Shown here piece after piece: positions 49,141 to 61,884 of a DNA stretch of 64,000 bases. Source of the stretch: the human T2T-CHM13v2.0 reference genome, Homo sapiens; assembly GCF_009914755.1 (NCBI RefSeq), contig NC_060945.1; one strand, written 5' to 3'. Made by a program: the position numbers and the translations under genes. The notes beneath the pieces are model-generated. The model saw nothing but the letters and a program-made list of their open reading frames with translations, searched no databases and was not told the DNA's origin. Within the stretch, counting starts at the first letter, position 1. Every line of letters starts with the position of its first letter.

Positions 49141-49899
49141 AGAATGCATTTTTCCTCCCACACCAAAGCACCTGCAGTATGGGTGAAGCAGCCTGGAGCC
49201 TGGCTGCATAAGCCTGCACAGCAGGAGGGTCCCAGCAGGAGGGTCGAGGTGCCACTGCCTGGGTCCAGCTCACAGGCTACCAGGGAGGCTCCGATCTGGC
49301 TCCCTGGTGCTGGCAGTGTACTGTTCCCAGGATCTGCATGTGGGGGTGCCTTCCTGCATCTCCCCATCAGTGGTAGGTGCTCCTCCCAGCCGCCTCTTTC
49401 AGGCCTGGAGACAGCGGCCTGCACCTCAACCCTACTGCATGCCAGTGAAGCGAAGCACCCCGGGCCAGAAGCCCCACAGCTGTTGGCCCTGGTTTGGACA
49501 CCAGGCAGGGGGCACCACAGCAGGAGCTAGCAGCCCAGCCCCGATTCTGTGGCCCCGAGTGCCCCGTTGCTGATGGCCCTGTGTTCTGGGCACGGACCAA
49601 GGAGGAGCAGGTGTGGAAGGCGCCTCACGCAGGCCCTGGGCTCCGTGGGCGTCTTGTGCTCGGAGATTTTGAGGCCATTTGCATCCAGCTTCGCCAACCA
49701 GAGCTCTAAGCTGCAGCGGCGGCCACCCGCAACAGCACCACCACTAGTGTCTTGGGGGCTTTCTTCAGAGGAGGCTGTCAGCATCCTCGAGTTCCAGGCG
49801 CTCTAGCCCCAGTCCTGCTTCAAGAGGCTTTTTCCCACCACAGGCTTCTCCTCAGTGGCCAGAAAGCTGGGTCAACTCCCATGAACTTTGCCAGTAACG

Positions 49900-50536
49900 C
49901 AAGGCTGTCACTGACATTTGTGGCGCCAAGACTTGCGCACGCGGATTGCACACATCGGCCACTTCCTGCACCACGTGCAATGACGCGCGCACGCCTCACG
50001 CGCACGCCGCATAACGTCTGAGGCGCGCACGCCTCACGCGCGCCCCGCACGCGCGCCCGCCTCACGCGCGCCCCGCACGCACATGACGGCTTGGCTTACC
50101 TGTAATGGGTGCGCTTCGCTTTGCGTTCCTCGCTTGGCCTTGCGTTCCTAGCTTGGCTTGGCGTTAGTCGCTTTGCCTGGTGTTTCTTGCTTGGATTGGC
50201 GTTTTCTCCCTCGCATTCCTTTGCTGGGCCTGAATTTTTCTCTGCTGGGTTTGGCATTCCCTTGACTGGGCTGGGTGTTTCCTTCGGAGGGGGGGCTTGG
50301 CCTTTCCTGGGGTGGGCCTGGGGTCCCCCTGGTGGGCGTGGGCTTTCCCCGGGTGGGTGTGGGTTTTCCCTGGGTGGGGTGGGCTGGGCTCCCTTGCTGG
50401 GGTTGGCAAGTTTTGGCTGGGATTGACCTTTCTCTTCAAACAGATTGGAAACCCAAGGTTTCCTGCTAGTTGGTGAAACTGGTTGGTAGACGCGATCTGT
50501 TCGCTACTACCGGCCTCCCCTGGCTGTTAAAAGCAG
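49900..50536 (+). promoter_or_regulatory. CpG-rich POTE promoter / 5' UTR region
   Basis: Dense CpG at 49930-50130, E-box CACGTG at 49972, ETS-like ACTTCCTG at 49961, NRF1-like TGCGCACGCG at about 49934; lies directly upstream of the POTE ATG. Confidence 0.7.
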
Positions 50537-51057
50537 ATGGTGGCTGAGGTTTGTTCAATGCCCACTGCCTCTACTGTGAAGAAGCCATTTGATCTCAGGA
50601 GCAAGATGGGCAAGTGGTGCCACCACCGCTTCCCCTGCTGCAGGGGGAGCGGCAAGAGCAACATGGGCACTTCTGGAGACCACGACGACTCCTTTATGAA
50701 GATGCTCAGGAGCAAGATGGGCAAGTGTTGCCGCCACTGCTTCCCCTGCTGCAGGGGGAGCGGCACGAGCAACGTGGGCACTTCTGGAGACCATGAAAAC
50801 TCCTTTATGAAGATGCTCAGGAGCAAGATGGGCAAGTGGTGCTGTCACTGCTTCCCCTGCTGCAGGGGGAGCGGCAAGAGCAACGTGGGCGCTTGGGGAG
50901 ACTACGACCACAGCGCCTTCATGGAGCCGAGGTACCACATCCGTCGAGAAGATCTGGACAAGCTCCACAGAGCTGCCTGGTGGGGTAAAGTCCCCAGAAA
51001 GGATCTCATCGTCATGCTCAGGGACACTGACATGAACAAGAGGGACAAGGAAAAGAG
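50537..51057 (+). CDS. POTED: POTE ankyrin domain family member, coding exon 1 (three Cys-rich repeats and start of ankyrin region)
   Basis: ATG at 50537. Translation [35 protein letters not shown]...RDKEKR is typical of POTE. Donor AG|GTAACC at 51058; 521 bp. Paralog call rests on remembered residues (MPTASTV, DKEKR). Confidence 0.93.
50594..50926 (+). repeat. Coding tandem repeat, 3 x 111 bp (37-aa POTE cysteine-rich domain)
   Basis: CTCAGGAGCAAGATGGGCAAG recurs at 50594, 50705 and 50816. Confidence 0.95.
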
Positions 51058-52024
51058 GTAACCGGGCCTGGGATGGGAGGAGGCAGGACATGGGGGGATG
51101 ATGGGGACATACCCTCCTGGCGCAGGGAGGGAGGAGCCAGGCTTTCTCTTCCTCCGCAGGCCCCACACCACCCTGGGTGTGGAAACCTCAGAGAGGTCAG
51201 GGCCCAGGTCCCTTTATAAACAGCGACACAAAAAGTTTTAGCTGATTTCCAATCCAATTACAATTTCCCTTATAGAACACTAATAGACTGTTTTAAAGTG
51301 ATTTAACTCGCAAAATTAAGTCGATGCAGCAGATTATTTTTAATGTACACATTTTAAAACAATGTTCTGTACACTATAGAAAGGTGTATATTGAGAACTA
51401 AGTCCCATAATATATCAACTTCTGGGCTAAATATCTTTCAAATAAAATCCAATATGGATTTTATATCGATGTACCCCTATGTAAATACGTTCTTTACTGA
51501 GTAACCTTAAAAGGAAACTGAAATGGGAAGTATGGTTCATATCTTTGAATAGGAAGGTTCGTTTTTCTTAAGATGTGAGCTTTTTCTGTGTTTATCACTT
51601 TTACATAAGCCAAATAAAAATAGCAAAGTCTTAGTGTCTTTAAATTGCACATGATGTATTTTATCATTGTGATAAATTGATTTTTTTTAACAGAATGGAA
51701 AAAGACTTGCTTTTCCAGATATCAAAATGTGCATGTGTTATTTCCACAAATTGTTTACTAACAGCTGAAAAGACATAAATGAACAGAACAGAATAGGAAA
51801 TCCAGAAATACCCAAATATATGTAAGAATTTAGCACTTGATAATGGTGATGTTTCATATTGGTAAAACAAGGTGAATTATTCATAAATTAAATGCATGCT
51901 GCTTGGAGAAAACTACCTAGATTTTTATGTCACAAAAATAAGTTCCTGGAGTATAGATTAAAAATTTTAAAGATACAAAAGGAGAAAAGTACCAGAAGAA
52001 AACACAAATGCCTATTTATATGTG

Positions 52025-52323
52025 AAAATATTTATTTATTTTTCTGAGACAGACTCTCACTCCATAGCCCAGGCTGGAGTGCAGTGGTGCAATATCAGCT
52101 CACTACAACCTCTGGTTCCTGGTTCAAGTAATTCTCTGCCTCAGCCTACCAAGTAGCTGGGATTACAGGCACCCACCACCATGCCTGGCTAATTTTTTGT
52201 GTTCTTAATCAAGACGGGATTTCACCATCTTTGCCAGGCTGGTCTTGAACTCCTGTCCTTGTGATCCACCCACCTCAGCCTCCCAAAGTGCTGAGATTAC
52301 AGTCATGAGCCACTGAAACCGGC
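52025..52323 (-). mobile_element. AluS in POTE intron 1
   Basis: Antisense dimeric Alu. Confidence 0.9.
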
Positions 52324-52467
52324 ATATATATGCAGATATAATAAAATAAGCTCAATTTAAAATTGGGCAAGGTACTTTTTTGCATGTCTACCAGTGACCT
52401 GTGCACATAGGAAAACAGCATTCCTGCTAAGAGAAGGAATTTAAGTTAGAAGAGGAATGAAAGACTA

Positions 52468-52890
<423 letters not shown>

Positions 52891-54005
52891 TTAAGTTGCT
52901 GCGACTTTTCAAATAGACACTTTGATGGTAAGAACCATATTTTTAAAATGTGTATGCCTTTTACCCATCTATTCCATTATACTGAAATATCTATATGAAA
53001 CAGACACAGCTGTTTTTCTTAGTATTGCTTAAAATAGCCATGTATTGAGAAGAACTCATATAAAGATGTTATAAACAAATTTCAGTGCATCCATAGGATG
53101 GAATAATATGTAACCATTGAGGGTGTCAGTAGATACAGAGATATGTCGGCATGCAAAGATGTACTTTGCTATATCAAGTGAGAAAAAATCAGTTTGTTAT
53201 ACATATACACAAACAGAATCTGCTCTTGTGTTAGCTGGAAATATGTGGAAAATATAATCAAACTTATTTCTGGGGATTTGTAAGTGAAGTTTTTCCCTTT
53301 CTCTTATCTGTGATTTCTGCAATGAACATCTGAAAAGTTTTAGTTAAGTTTCATTAGTAATGAAATAATCCTTGGGAAGAGAAGGAATATGCTACTTGCA
53401 TAGATACAAATAATTTCTCACATTCTGTTATTTATTTTTATACCTGTGGATGGCTATCTTCTGTGAACTTTTACCCTCTTCAGAAGTAGAGGGCTTCTGT
53501 TTACCTCTTCTGGTAGATTTTATTGTATATACATTTTATTATATATAGATTAATGTGTAAATAGTATGGATTAATTATTTTAGTTTAGTTATATATTTAT
53601 GAAAACTAAAATAGCAAATATAAATGATCGTTACTATCGCAAATGTATTGCTCTACTCAACAGGAGTTTTCTTTTAAAAATATTGAACTTCCAACCTATG
53701 TTTATCCATTCTTTCAATCCGTTTAGTCATCAAACATAAGCCAGACACCTATTATATGGCAGGCATATTCTGCTATCTCTCAGGATCCTTCCACCTTTGA
53801 AAACTTCATGTTTACCTGCTGCGCCTGAGCAAGCTGAGAGAATCAAAATTGGGGCATTAGGACTTAATCTCAATTGAAGCTTTTCCTCCCTCCTTTCAAA
53901 CAAAAGCATTTCTGAAGGTGACAAATAGTAAAAGATAACCCTTAACTGCCCTTTTGAAAATTTATAAGGCTTGGGTAAAGACTGTTTTAGCTGTTTTAAG
54001 AACTT

Positions 54006-54398
54006 AAATGTGGTACATAAACAGCATGGAATACTATGTAGCCATAAAAGAAAGAACAAGAGCCTGTCCTTTGCAGGGACATGGATGGTGTTGAAGGCCA
54101 TTATCCTTAACAAACTAACATAGGAAGAGAAAACCAAATACTGCATGGTCTCTCTTATAGGTGGGAGCTAAATGAGGAGAACACACAGACACCTAGAGGG
54201 AAGCAACACACACTGGGGCCTATCAGAGGGTGGAGGGTGGGAGGAAGGAAAGAAGCAGGAAATAGAACTAACGGGTACTAGGCTTAACACCTGAGTAATG
54301 AAATAATCTGTACAACCAACCCCCTTGGCACACGTTTACCTATGTTAACCAACCTGCACATCCTGCACCTGTATCCCCGAATGTAAAAGTTGAGAAAA
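54006..54398 (+). mobile_element. Older L1PA 3' end
   Basis: aatgtggtacat...tgcagggacatggatg...acctatgttaaccaacctgcac. Confidence 0.85.
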
Positions 54399-54999
54399 GC
54401 TCCACAAATAGTTTCATAAATCCATTTTAAAAAGAGAAAATTTATAACAGTCTTAAATCCTAATATGAATGATTGGAAATATCTGATGTACATACATTGT
54501 ATAAATCTAAGTATTGAAAAAAATGAGCCCATGCTATTCATTTGAATTTCAAGTTTTCTTTGGCTTAAAGTTTTTGAAAACCAAAGTAAGAAATAGATTA
54601 TTTTAGAAAATTGTTTTTGTTTTCACCTCAGCCCTCTTATTCCATAGTTCTTTTAAAAACTAAAATTTATCTAAATGCTAGTCATCTGACTGGAACTGCC
54701 CCAGACCTGTTATATTATAACATATTCTACTTAGTATAAGGCACCAGGGATTGTATGATGCCCCATTATTTTATGTCTCACTAAGAAAATTATTTAAATG
54801 CTGCCAATTATAATTATAGTAAATCATGAATTATAAGTGGTATTTCAGTGTAAGAAATGTTAAAACATGGAGACAATGATCATCTTAGACTCAATAAAAT
54901 ACAGTACAACGCTACCTGTAATCTTTAAAATGTACCTGAAAGTGTAGGTATAATTGTATCGTTTCACTTAATTCAAATGTTGTCTTTAGTGGTATTAGT

Positions 55000-55230
55000 A
55001 AAAATTATAATATCTTACAATTTTTGAGCTGTTATTTGTGTTAGGAACTATTCTATATTTTGTGTAGAGTCTTATTTAAGCATTACAGTGGTTTCCTCTG
55101 AGAAACTGACTATTTTCATTCCCATTTTATTGATGAGGAAATTGAGACACAAAAAGGCTAAGCAACAGCTAGGAAGTGACAGAGCTTCAAGTAGGATTCC
55201 AGCCCAAGTTGAATGTCATCCAAGAGCTAT
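55000..55230 (-). mobile_element. MIR
   Basis: Core cccattttattgatgaggaaattgagacaca. Confidence 0.6.
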
Positions 55231-55430
55231 GCTCTTTCTATTCAAATAGGCTGCTCTTTCATTAATACAGTGAGTAATGAGAGGTAATAAGTAGTGTGCT
55301 TTCTTCAAAGGAAAATTGAGTTTGTTTTGAAGGCAGAGTAATAGGCTATTCAGTGTTTGCAACTACATGAATCATTAATGTGGCATTAGCTAGTGAACTA
55401 CAATTTCCTCAAGTCTTCTCACTCTCATAG

Positions 55431-55545
55431 GACTGCTCTACATTTGGCCTCTGCCAATGGAAATTCAGAAGTAGTACAACTCCTGCTGGACAGACGATGT
55501 CAACTTAATGTCCTTGACAACAAAAAAAGGACAGCTCTGATAAAG
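55431..55545 (+). CDS. POTED: POTE coding exon 2 (ankyrin repeat: [38 protein letters not shown])
   Basis: Acceptor ctctcatag|G, donor AAG|gtatgc; 115 bp; phase joins exon 1. Confidence 0.93.
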
Positions 55546-55701
55546 GTATGCAGTAGTCAACTATATCAGCGTGAGATGGGTTTGATTTCAATAGATAGCA
55601 TAAAAATGAGTTTTCTCATTTAAATATAACTAGTTGGTGAAAGCTGTGGAATGTTATTTTGAATTCCTAGGACTTGTAATTTGTTTTTGGTCTAATACTG
55701 A

Positions 55702-55881
<180 letters not shown>

Positions 55882-56445
55882 TAGATCTACCAATTTTATC
55901 TTCAAAATACTGAAATGCATTCGTGTTAACATTGACCTGTGTAAGGGCCAGTTTTCCGTATTTGGAAGCTCAAGCATAACCTGAATGAAAATATTTTGAA
56001 TAGACTTAATTATCTAAGACTTTATTTTAAATATTGTTACTTTTAAAGAAGCATTAGAGGGTACAGATTTTTCAGTGCACTTGTGGTTAGTGCTTTTTTT
56101 AAAAAAACACTGAATTTGTAAAAGGTAATACTTTTTTTTTTTTCAATTTTTCCCTGCCAAGTTTTTTTTCCCTAATGAATGTAAAATGACAAAATTTGCC
56201 CTGGAAATAGGTTTTACATTAAAACTCCAAGAAAACTTAAACATGTTTCAGTGAATAGTAATCCTGCTACTTTGGCAAATTCCTAAAAAAACACTAATAG
56301 ATATGAGGTGATGTATCTCTCAGTGGCAAGGCTTAAGATATTTCTGATTGCTCATGAGGCAGAAGTGGAAAGGGAAAAATGCAGCAATCAGAAATATCAA
56401 GGCCAACTTGGAAATTAGGTAATGGGGGAAAAGACCATGAAGAGG

Positions 56446-56446
<1 letters not shown>

Positions 56447-56478
<32 letters not shown>
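56447..56478. repeat. (TG)n microsatellite
   Basis: Directly visible. Confidence 0.95.
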
Positions 56479-56480
<2 letters not shown>

Positions 56481-57123
56481 GTTACTGTTGTTCATTCATT
56501 TGTTTCCTTTATATGGTGAGACAGGGTTCTTTTCCATTTTAGAGAATGACAGTTTTCAGTTTGGGAGAGGGAGTTAGTGGGTTGTAAACTGCCTAGAGAT
56601 AAATTTTAGGAGGCCTCTGAGGAACCAGATTGGCAGTGAATATGTGGTAATGTATTGGGAACCCTTGAGTAGAAGGAATAACAAGTAATTAACCAACTTA
56701 GTATCCTATTCTGGTAGAAATGGCCAATTAGAGTCTCAACTCTGCTTTCAATTCTAGAATGTCTTGATGGGAAGGTGGGAGATAAGGGGCTTATAAGTAA
56801 AAAGATCAGGTTGGATTTTGAGTTTACTAGACCTTGTTCTACTCTTACCGGGGAAAATTTTGTGGTGTTTTCAGCAAATGAATCTCTCTCCTACTCTTTC
56901 CTCTTTTTGACCAAATCCTCAAATGATAAAGGGAATTGTTTATGTGGATGAGAGATGAGACTGAAATAATTGTCTATTGCACTAGCTTCCAGCTAGAGTT
57001 GTGCATTCCAGTTACCTCAGGAAAATTTTTAAATAATCTTCAAGTCTAGGTTTTCCCCTGAAGATTTTGATAGAGTAAGTCTAATAAAGCCGGGATATGT
57101 ATGTTTAAAAATGTTTCCTTGAA

Positions 57124-57257
57124 GCCAGGCATGGTGGTGCATGGCTGTAGTCCCAGCTGCTAGGGAGGCTGAGGTGGGAGGATTGCTTGAGCTTAGGAGT
57201 TCTAGTCTAGCCTGGTCAACATAATGAGACCCTGTCTCTAACAACAACAACAACAAA
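57124..57257 (+). mobile_element. FLAM monomeric Alu
   Basis: gccaggcatggtggtgc...gggaggattgcttgagc...gagaccctgtctct followed by (AAC)n. Confidence 0.85.
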
Positions 57258-57414
57258 TTTCTCAAAATCCGGATACACTCCTGCTTAACCACTGAATACA
57301 TAAGTGTAATATGTAAATTCTTATATCTCAGAAACTTCAGATATTTCTAGAAGAGTTGGAGTTGGATATGTGCTAATTCCTTTAAATCTTTCCTTTCCAA
57401 TAACATTAATCTAA

Positions 57415-57675
57415 ATTTTTGTTTGTTTGTTTTTGAGATGGGGTCTCACTCTGTTCCCCAGGCTGGAGTGCAGTGGTGCGGTCACAGATCACCACAGCCT
57501 TGACGTCCCTAAGCTCTGGTGGTCCTCCAATCTGTTTTTGTATTTTTTTTTTAAGTAGAGATGAGGTTTTTGCCGTGTTTCTCAGGCTGATCTTGAACTC
57601 CTGGGCTCAAGTGAATCACCCACCTCAGGCTCCCAAAATGCTAAGATTACAGGTGTGAGCCACCATTCTTGGCCT
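57415..57675 (-). mobile_element. AluJ with internal deletion
   Basis: Antisense Alu with J-type ctcctgggctcaag. Confidence 0.85.
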
Positions 57676-58656
57676 AGTCTGACTTATCTCTGTCGTTGAG
57701 ACATTAAAATGAATATTATTGGCACTATCTATCAGCTTACAGAATAATAGCTTTTCCTTTCTACCATCAGTTATTCACTGCCATTCAGAAGGTCTTTAGA
57801 AATTTGCAGTGAGTAGTCTTCCAATAAGTAGAGGATGGCTCTCTCAGGACTTTGTGTCCCTTTGTTCACTCATTCAAGTGCTTAGGTCAGTAAGTCGTTT
57901 TTAAGAGCAGAGTTTTCTCAGAATTGTAGCAAATTCTAAACCTTTTTTGTCAATTGAAGCTGTATTATGGGCTATCCAGTATGTCTCTTAAGTTTGTAGA
58001 GCTTTGGCTTAATCAGGATGGCAGGTTTAAACACTAAAAACCATGGAGTTATTAAGAATACAGATAGGAAATCTCTTAGTTTCAGTAATCCTATGAACTG
58101 ATTATCTATCTAGTTAACAATCTGGAAAAATTAAATACAAATAGATTTTAAATGAATAAATGTTGGAAAAATTCTTGAAATGGGCAGTGTATTAATAGCA
58201 ATATTTATTGCACGTTGGAGCTTGAACTTTGGTAAAACATGTGAAACTAAAGAAATATTTTACATTCAAATTCTTGCTTTATACACAACAATTTTGTCTT
58301 AGGGTTGGATAATATAGAGATAAAAGATACAGCCCCTGCCCTCAAGAAGCTTTTTGTTTAAATGAAAAGAAAAATCATCCAAAAGTGCCATGCCAAATGC
58401 TCGTTTAGAAACAAAGAGTCTTGGAAACAGTAAATGTTTAAGGTGAGTTTTTGAGATGATCAGATTTAATGTGGTGAGGCAGAGAAGGGATGTTTCCAAG
58501 GGAAGGAGTGGCATGTGGGAAAGTACAGAAGAGTGAGAAGGAAGCGACCAAGTTTTATTTACTTTCTGTGAGTGTAAGTCCATAAGCTTCCAGTTCAGTT
58601 GAGAAATACATAATTTTTTGAATTACATATTGTTTTTGTTTTATATTGTTTTACAG

Positions 58657-58763
58657 TGTGGCCTCACACCACTTTTGCTTGGCGTACATGAACAAAAACA
58701 GCAAGTGGTGAAATTTTTAATCAAGAAAAAAGCTAATTTAAATGTACTTGATAGATATGGAAG
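58657..58763 (+). CDS. POTED: POTE coding exon 4 ([36 protein letters not shown])
   Basis: Acceptor ttttacag|TGT, donor AG|gtatgg; 107 bp; ankyrin motif. Confidence 0.92.
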
Positions 58764-59434
58764 GTATGGTTATTTCTTTTAATTTGTGTGTTGTTCTAGA
58801 TTGATAGCAGTCACTCAAGTCATAAATAATAAATTAAAAAGATTAAATTATACTTATTGGGACATAGTGATCAGTATCAACACAAATCAGTTAAGTAGAA
58901 AAGCAATTATTTGGACTGGGCAACATAAAGAACTGTTTTAGTAGGATTCATCATCTCTTATTATATTGACTGATGTTATTTGTTGTATGATGTTTTTGGT
59001 TACATGATCTTATGTTAGCTAAAGGGATTTCATATTAATTTTATGAAGTTTGAACTTTAACTTTCAGTTTACTTTATGACTCAGTATTGAACTTCTTAAC
59101 CCTTTCTAGTAGGTTTTAACCTCTGTATCTTATATGCTTTTCCACTAAATATGCTGTATTAAACATAAATAGGAGTTGAAAATCCTTTTATCTTTTCAAT
59201 GACTCTGCTTTAAGTTGCTTTCTTTGAAGAATATTAATGTTAGCTTATCCCCACATGACAATTAATTGCTATTCCCACATACTGTGGGTTCAACAGCTTT
59301 TTTCCTTTTTTATTTCCAGTGTATTTTGATGTTTTTATTTTTAGTTGGTATGGAGAGAGGGAGTGAAGATAGTTTTAAGTGGATACACTTTTCCTTTAAT
59401 GAAGGCAAGCTGTAGGTGGGTGATAAAGAGAAAA

Positions 59435-59792
59435 GATGAAATTGGAAATCATCATTCTCAGTAAACTATCGCAAGAACAAAAAACCAAACACCGCATATT
59501 CTCACTCATAGGTGGGAATTGAACAATGCAATCACATGGACACAAGAAGGGGAATATCACACTCTGGGGACTGTGGTGGGGTGGGGGGAGGGGGGAGGGA
59601 TAGCTTTGGGAGATATACCTAATGCTAGATGACGAGTTAGTGGGTGCAGCGCACCAGCATGGCACATGTATACATATGTAACTAACCTGCACAATGTGCA
59701 CATGTACCCTAAAACTTAAAGTATAATAAAAAATAAAAATAAAAAACAAAACAAAAACAAAACAAAAACTAGCTGGGCATGGAAAAAAAAAA
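59435..59792 (+). mobile_element. Young 5'-truncated L1PA2-like element in POTE intron 4
   Basis: 3' UTR ctagatgacGAGttagtgggtgcagcgcacc; TSD AAAGAGAAAAGA at 59425-59436 and 59790-59801. Confidence 0.9.
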
Positions 59793-60439
59793 GAGAAAAG
59801 AGCTAGGCTTTGGATTCACACAAGACTGGGTTTAATTCCTAACTTTCTTACTTGCTACGCGTGTGACATTGGGAACGTTATTTACCACCCAATATGTTGT
59901 CATATGTGAAAAGTAGGAGAATATATCCTTCAAAGTTGGCTGTGCATAAGCAAGAAAGATATATGTGGCATTTAATTCAGTGCGTAGCACATGCTTATTG
60001 GCAGCATTAACTGAAACTCCTGTGACTACTATTCTTACCATTATTATTAATATTACTGCTTTCAGCATGCAGAGAGCTCTTATTTTTCTTACCCCCTAGC
60101 TAATTTTCTATTACAGCATATCAGTTTAGGGAAGCTGTGACAAAATCTTCACTTAAATCTTTGTCCACTTCAGATAAGTGGCCCTAGCATTGTTTCTTGC
60201 CCATCAAAGGACTTTAAATTAGTAGCTTCTGCTATGCAATACCCCACTGAGATAAGAGGTTTCCTTTTTGTCCTTTCCTTTTAACCTTGGTGGTATTTTA
60301 CAAAGATGAACTCTTGAGCACCCAAGATGCTTCTGTCTTTTAGTGCATGTAAATGTTTGATTCTGCATGGACAGGCAAGATGTTAAATTGGTAAAGTATA
60401 TCAAATTAGCTTTTAAAATAACTTTATTACAGTTCCTAA

Positions 60440-60604
<165 letters not shown>

Positions 60605-61884
60605 TAAGTGTTTACATGAAAAGGCTAGTTAATGCTAAATTGAGGTTTAAAATAATTATAACAATTGCATCTTACATATCAGGTGAGATGTCATAGTTTG
60701 GTTCAGGTAGTTTTAGATTGGCCGTGAGTTAGTCCCCTGCATCAGCCAGAAATCAGACAAAAAGCAAGACAAGTTAGAAGTACCAATGGGTGCAGGATTC
60801 TTTACCTCAGGACTTTTAAGACCTTTATCCTTAGAGATCCCAATATTGTTCATTTCATCCAAGTATAACACCTATGCATGGGATAAAAAAGAGTATCACA
60901 TCTTTGATTTTTCTGATTAGTTATTTGGGTCTTGAAATGTCCAGTTTAGCAGAAAGTCTTGTACTGTCTTCTGGGGACTATCTTCTACATACTCCTTGAA
61001 TTTTTCAAGAACCAAAGGGGTTCACTAAATCCAAGGAAGACAGTCCCTTTTATCAAGTCAGAAGGAGGAGAAAAAAAAGGACATTCCAATCATTCTGTTG
61101 TTTCCATTGTTTCTGTTGCTGCATTGTTGCCACTCAAACTGGTTCTGCTGCCTGGTAATTGTTGACCTTTGACACCAAGATGCCCTTACTGATTCAGATC
61201 CCTCAAGTCTTCATGGGGATTCATACAGTGACTTTGAAGTTACAACATTTTTTTTTAGTTCCCTTACCTATGCTTATATGCTCAGCCATTGTTCCCAAAG
61301 CACCAGCACCCTGCTCTGGCCGCTGGGCATCCTGACTTTATCCGCACACAAAGTGAGCAAATTGACCCTTCCTCCTGTATTCAGAACCTAATGTGGAACC
61401 CACATCTTAGCCAAGAATTAGCTGAGACCTTCATGGTAAGAGATCCTTTGAGGCCGTTGTTGGTCTTTTCTCTAGCAGATATTAGGTGGGCTTGTTCTAA
61501 AGGGTCAGAGGGGTTCAAATAATGTGGCAGAAAGAGATCAGTGTTTGTTTCTTCTTCTTTGCTACCAGATCTATACTGTGAGGCACCTTTATATCCTGTG
61601 TAGAACCTTAGGCAGTAGAAAGTCCCATATGAGCCTTCCCCAAGCAGTGGCTCCCAGCTGTGGTTGGCCCCTTGAGTGATCTGATTTACATGATAATGAA
61701 AATCGTCCAAGCTACTTCCATCTCTAGCTCAAGATTTTAAAATATTATCAAATTGTACCTCACAGGAAGCCATTGAAGAGAATTCTCAGAATCTCAAGTA
61801 GGTTAAGTAAGTAGTGATGAGTCACGGACAAGAGCCAAGCCTTGTCCATGACTCGTCACAAATCATGTGTAAAAGTAGGGCTTT

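Noticed and set aside
50594-50926. Regularly spaced repeats resembling a CRISPR-like array
   Set aside because: Whole units are repeated in frame with no unique spacers, and this is a eukaryotic coding repeat.
50555-51166. 203-aa antisense ORF and other overlapping ORFs across POTE exon 1
   Set aside because: These are shadow frames of a GC-rich 111-bp coding repeat, with no independent protein features.
55393-55623. 76-aa stand-alone ankyrin ORF
   Set aside because: It is POTE exon 2 extended into the flanking introns.
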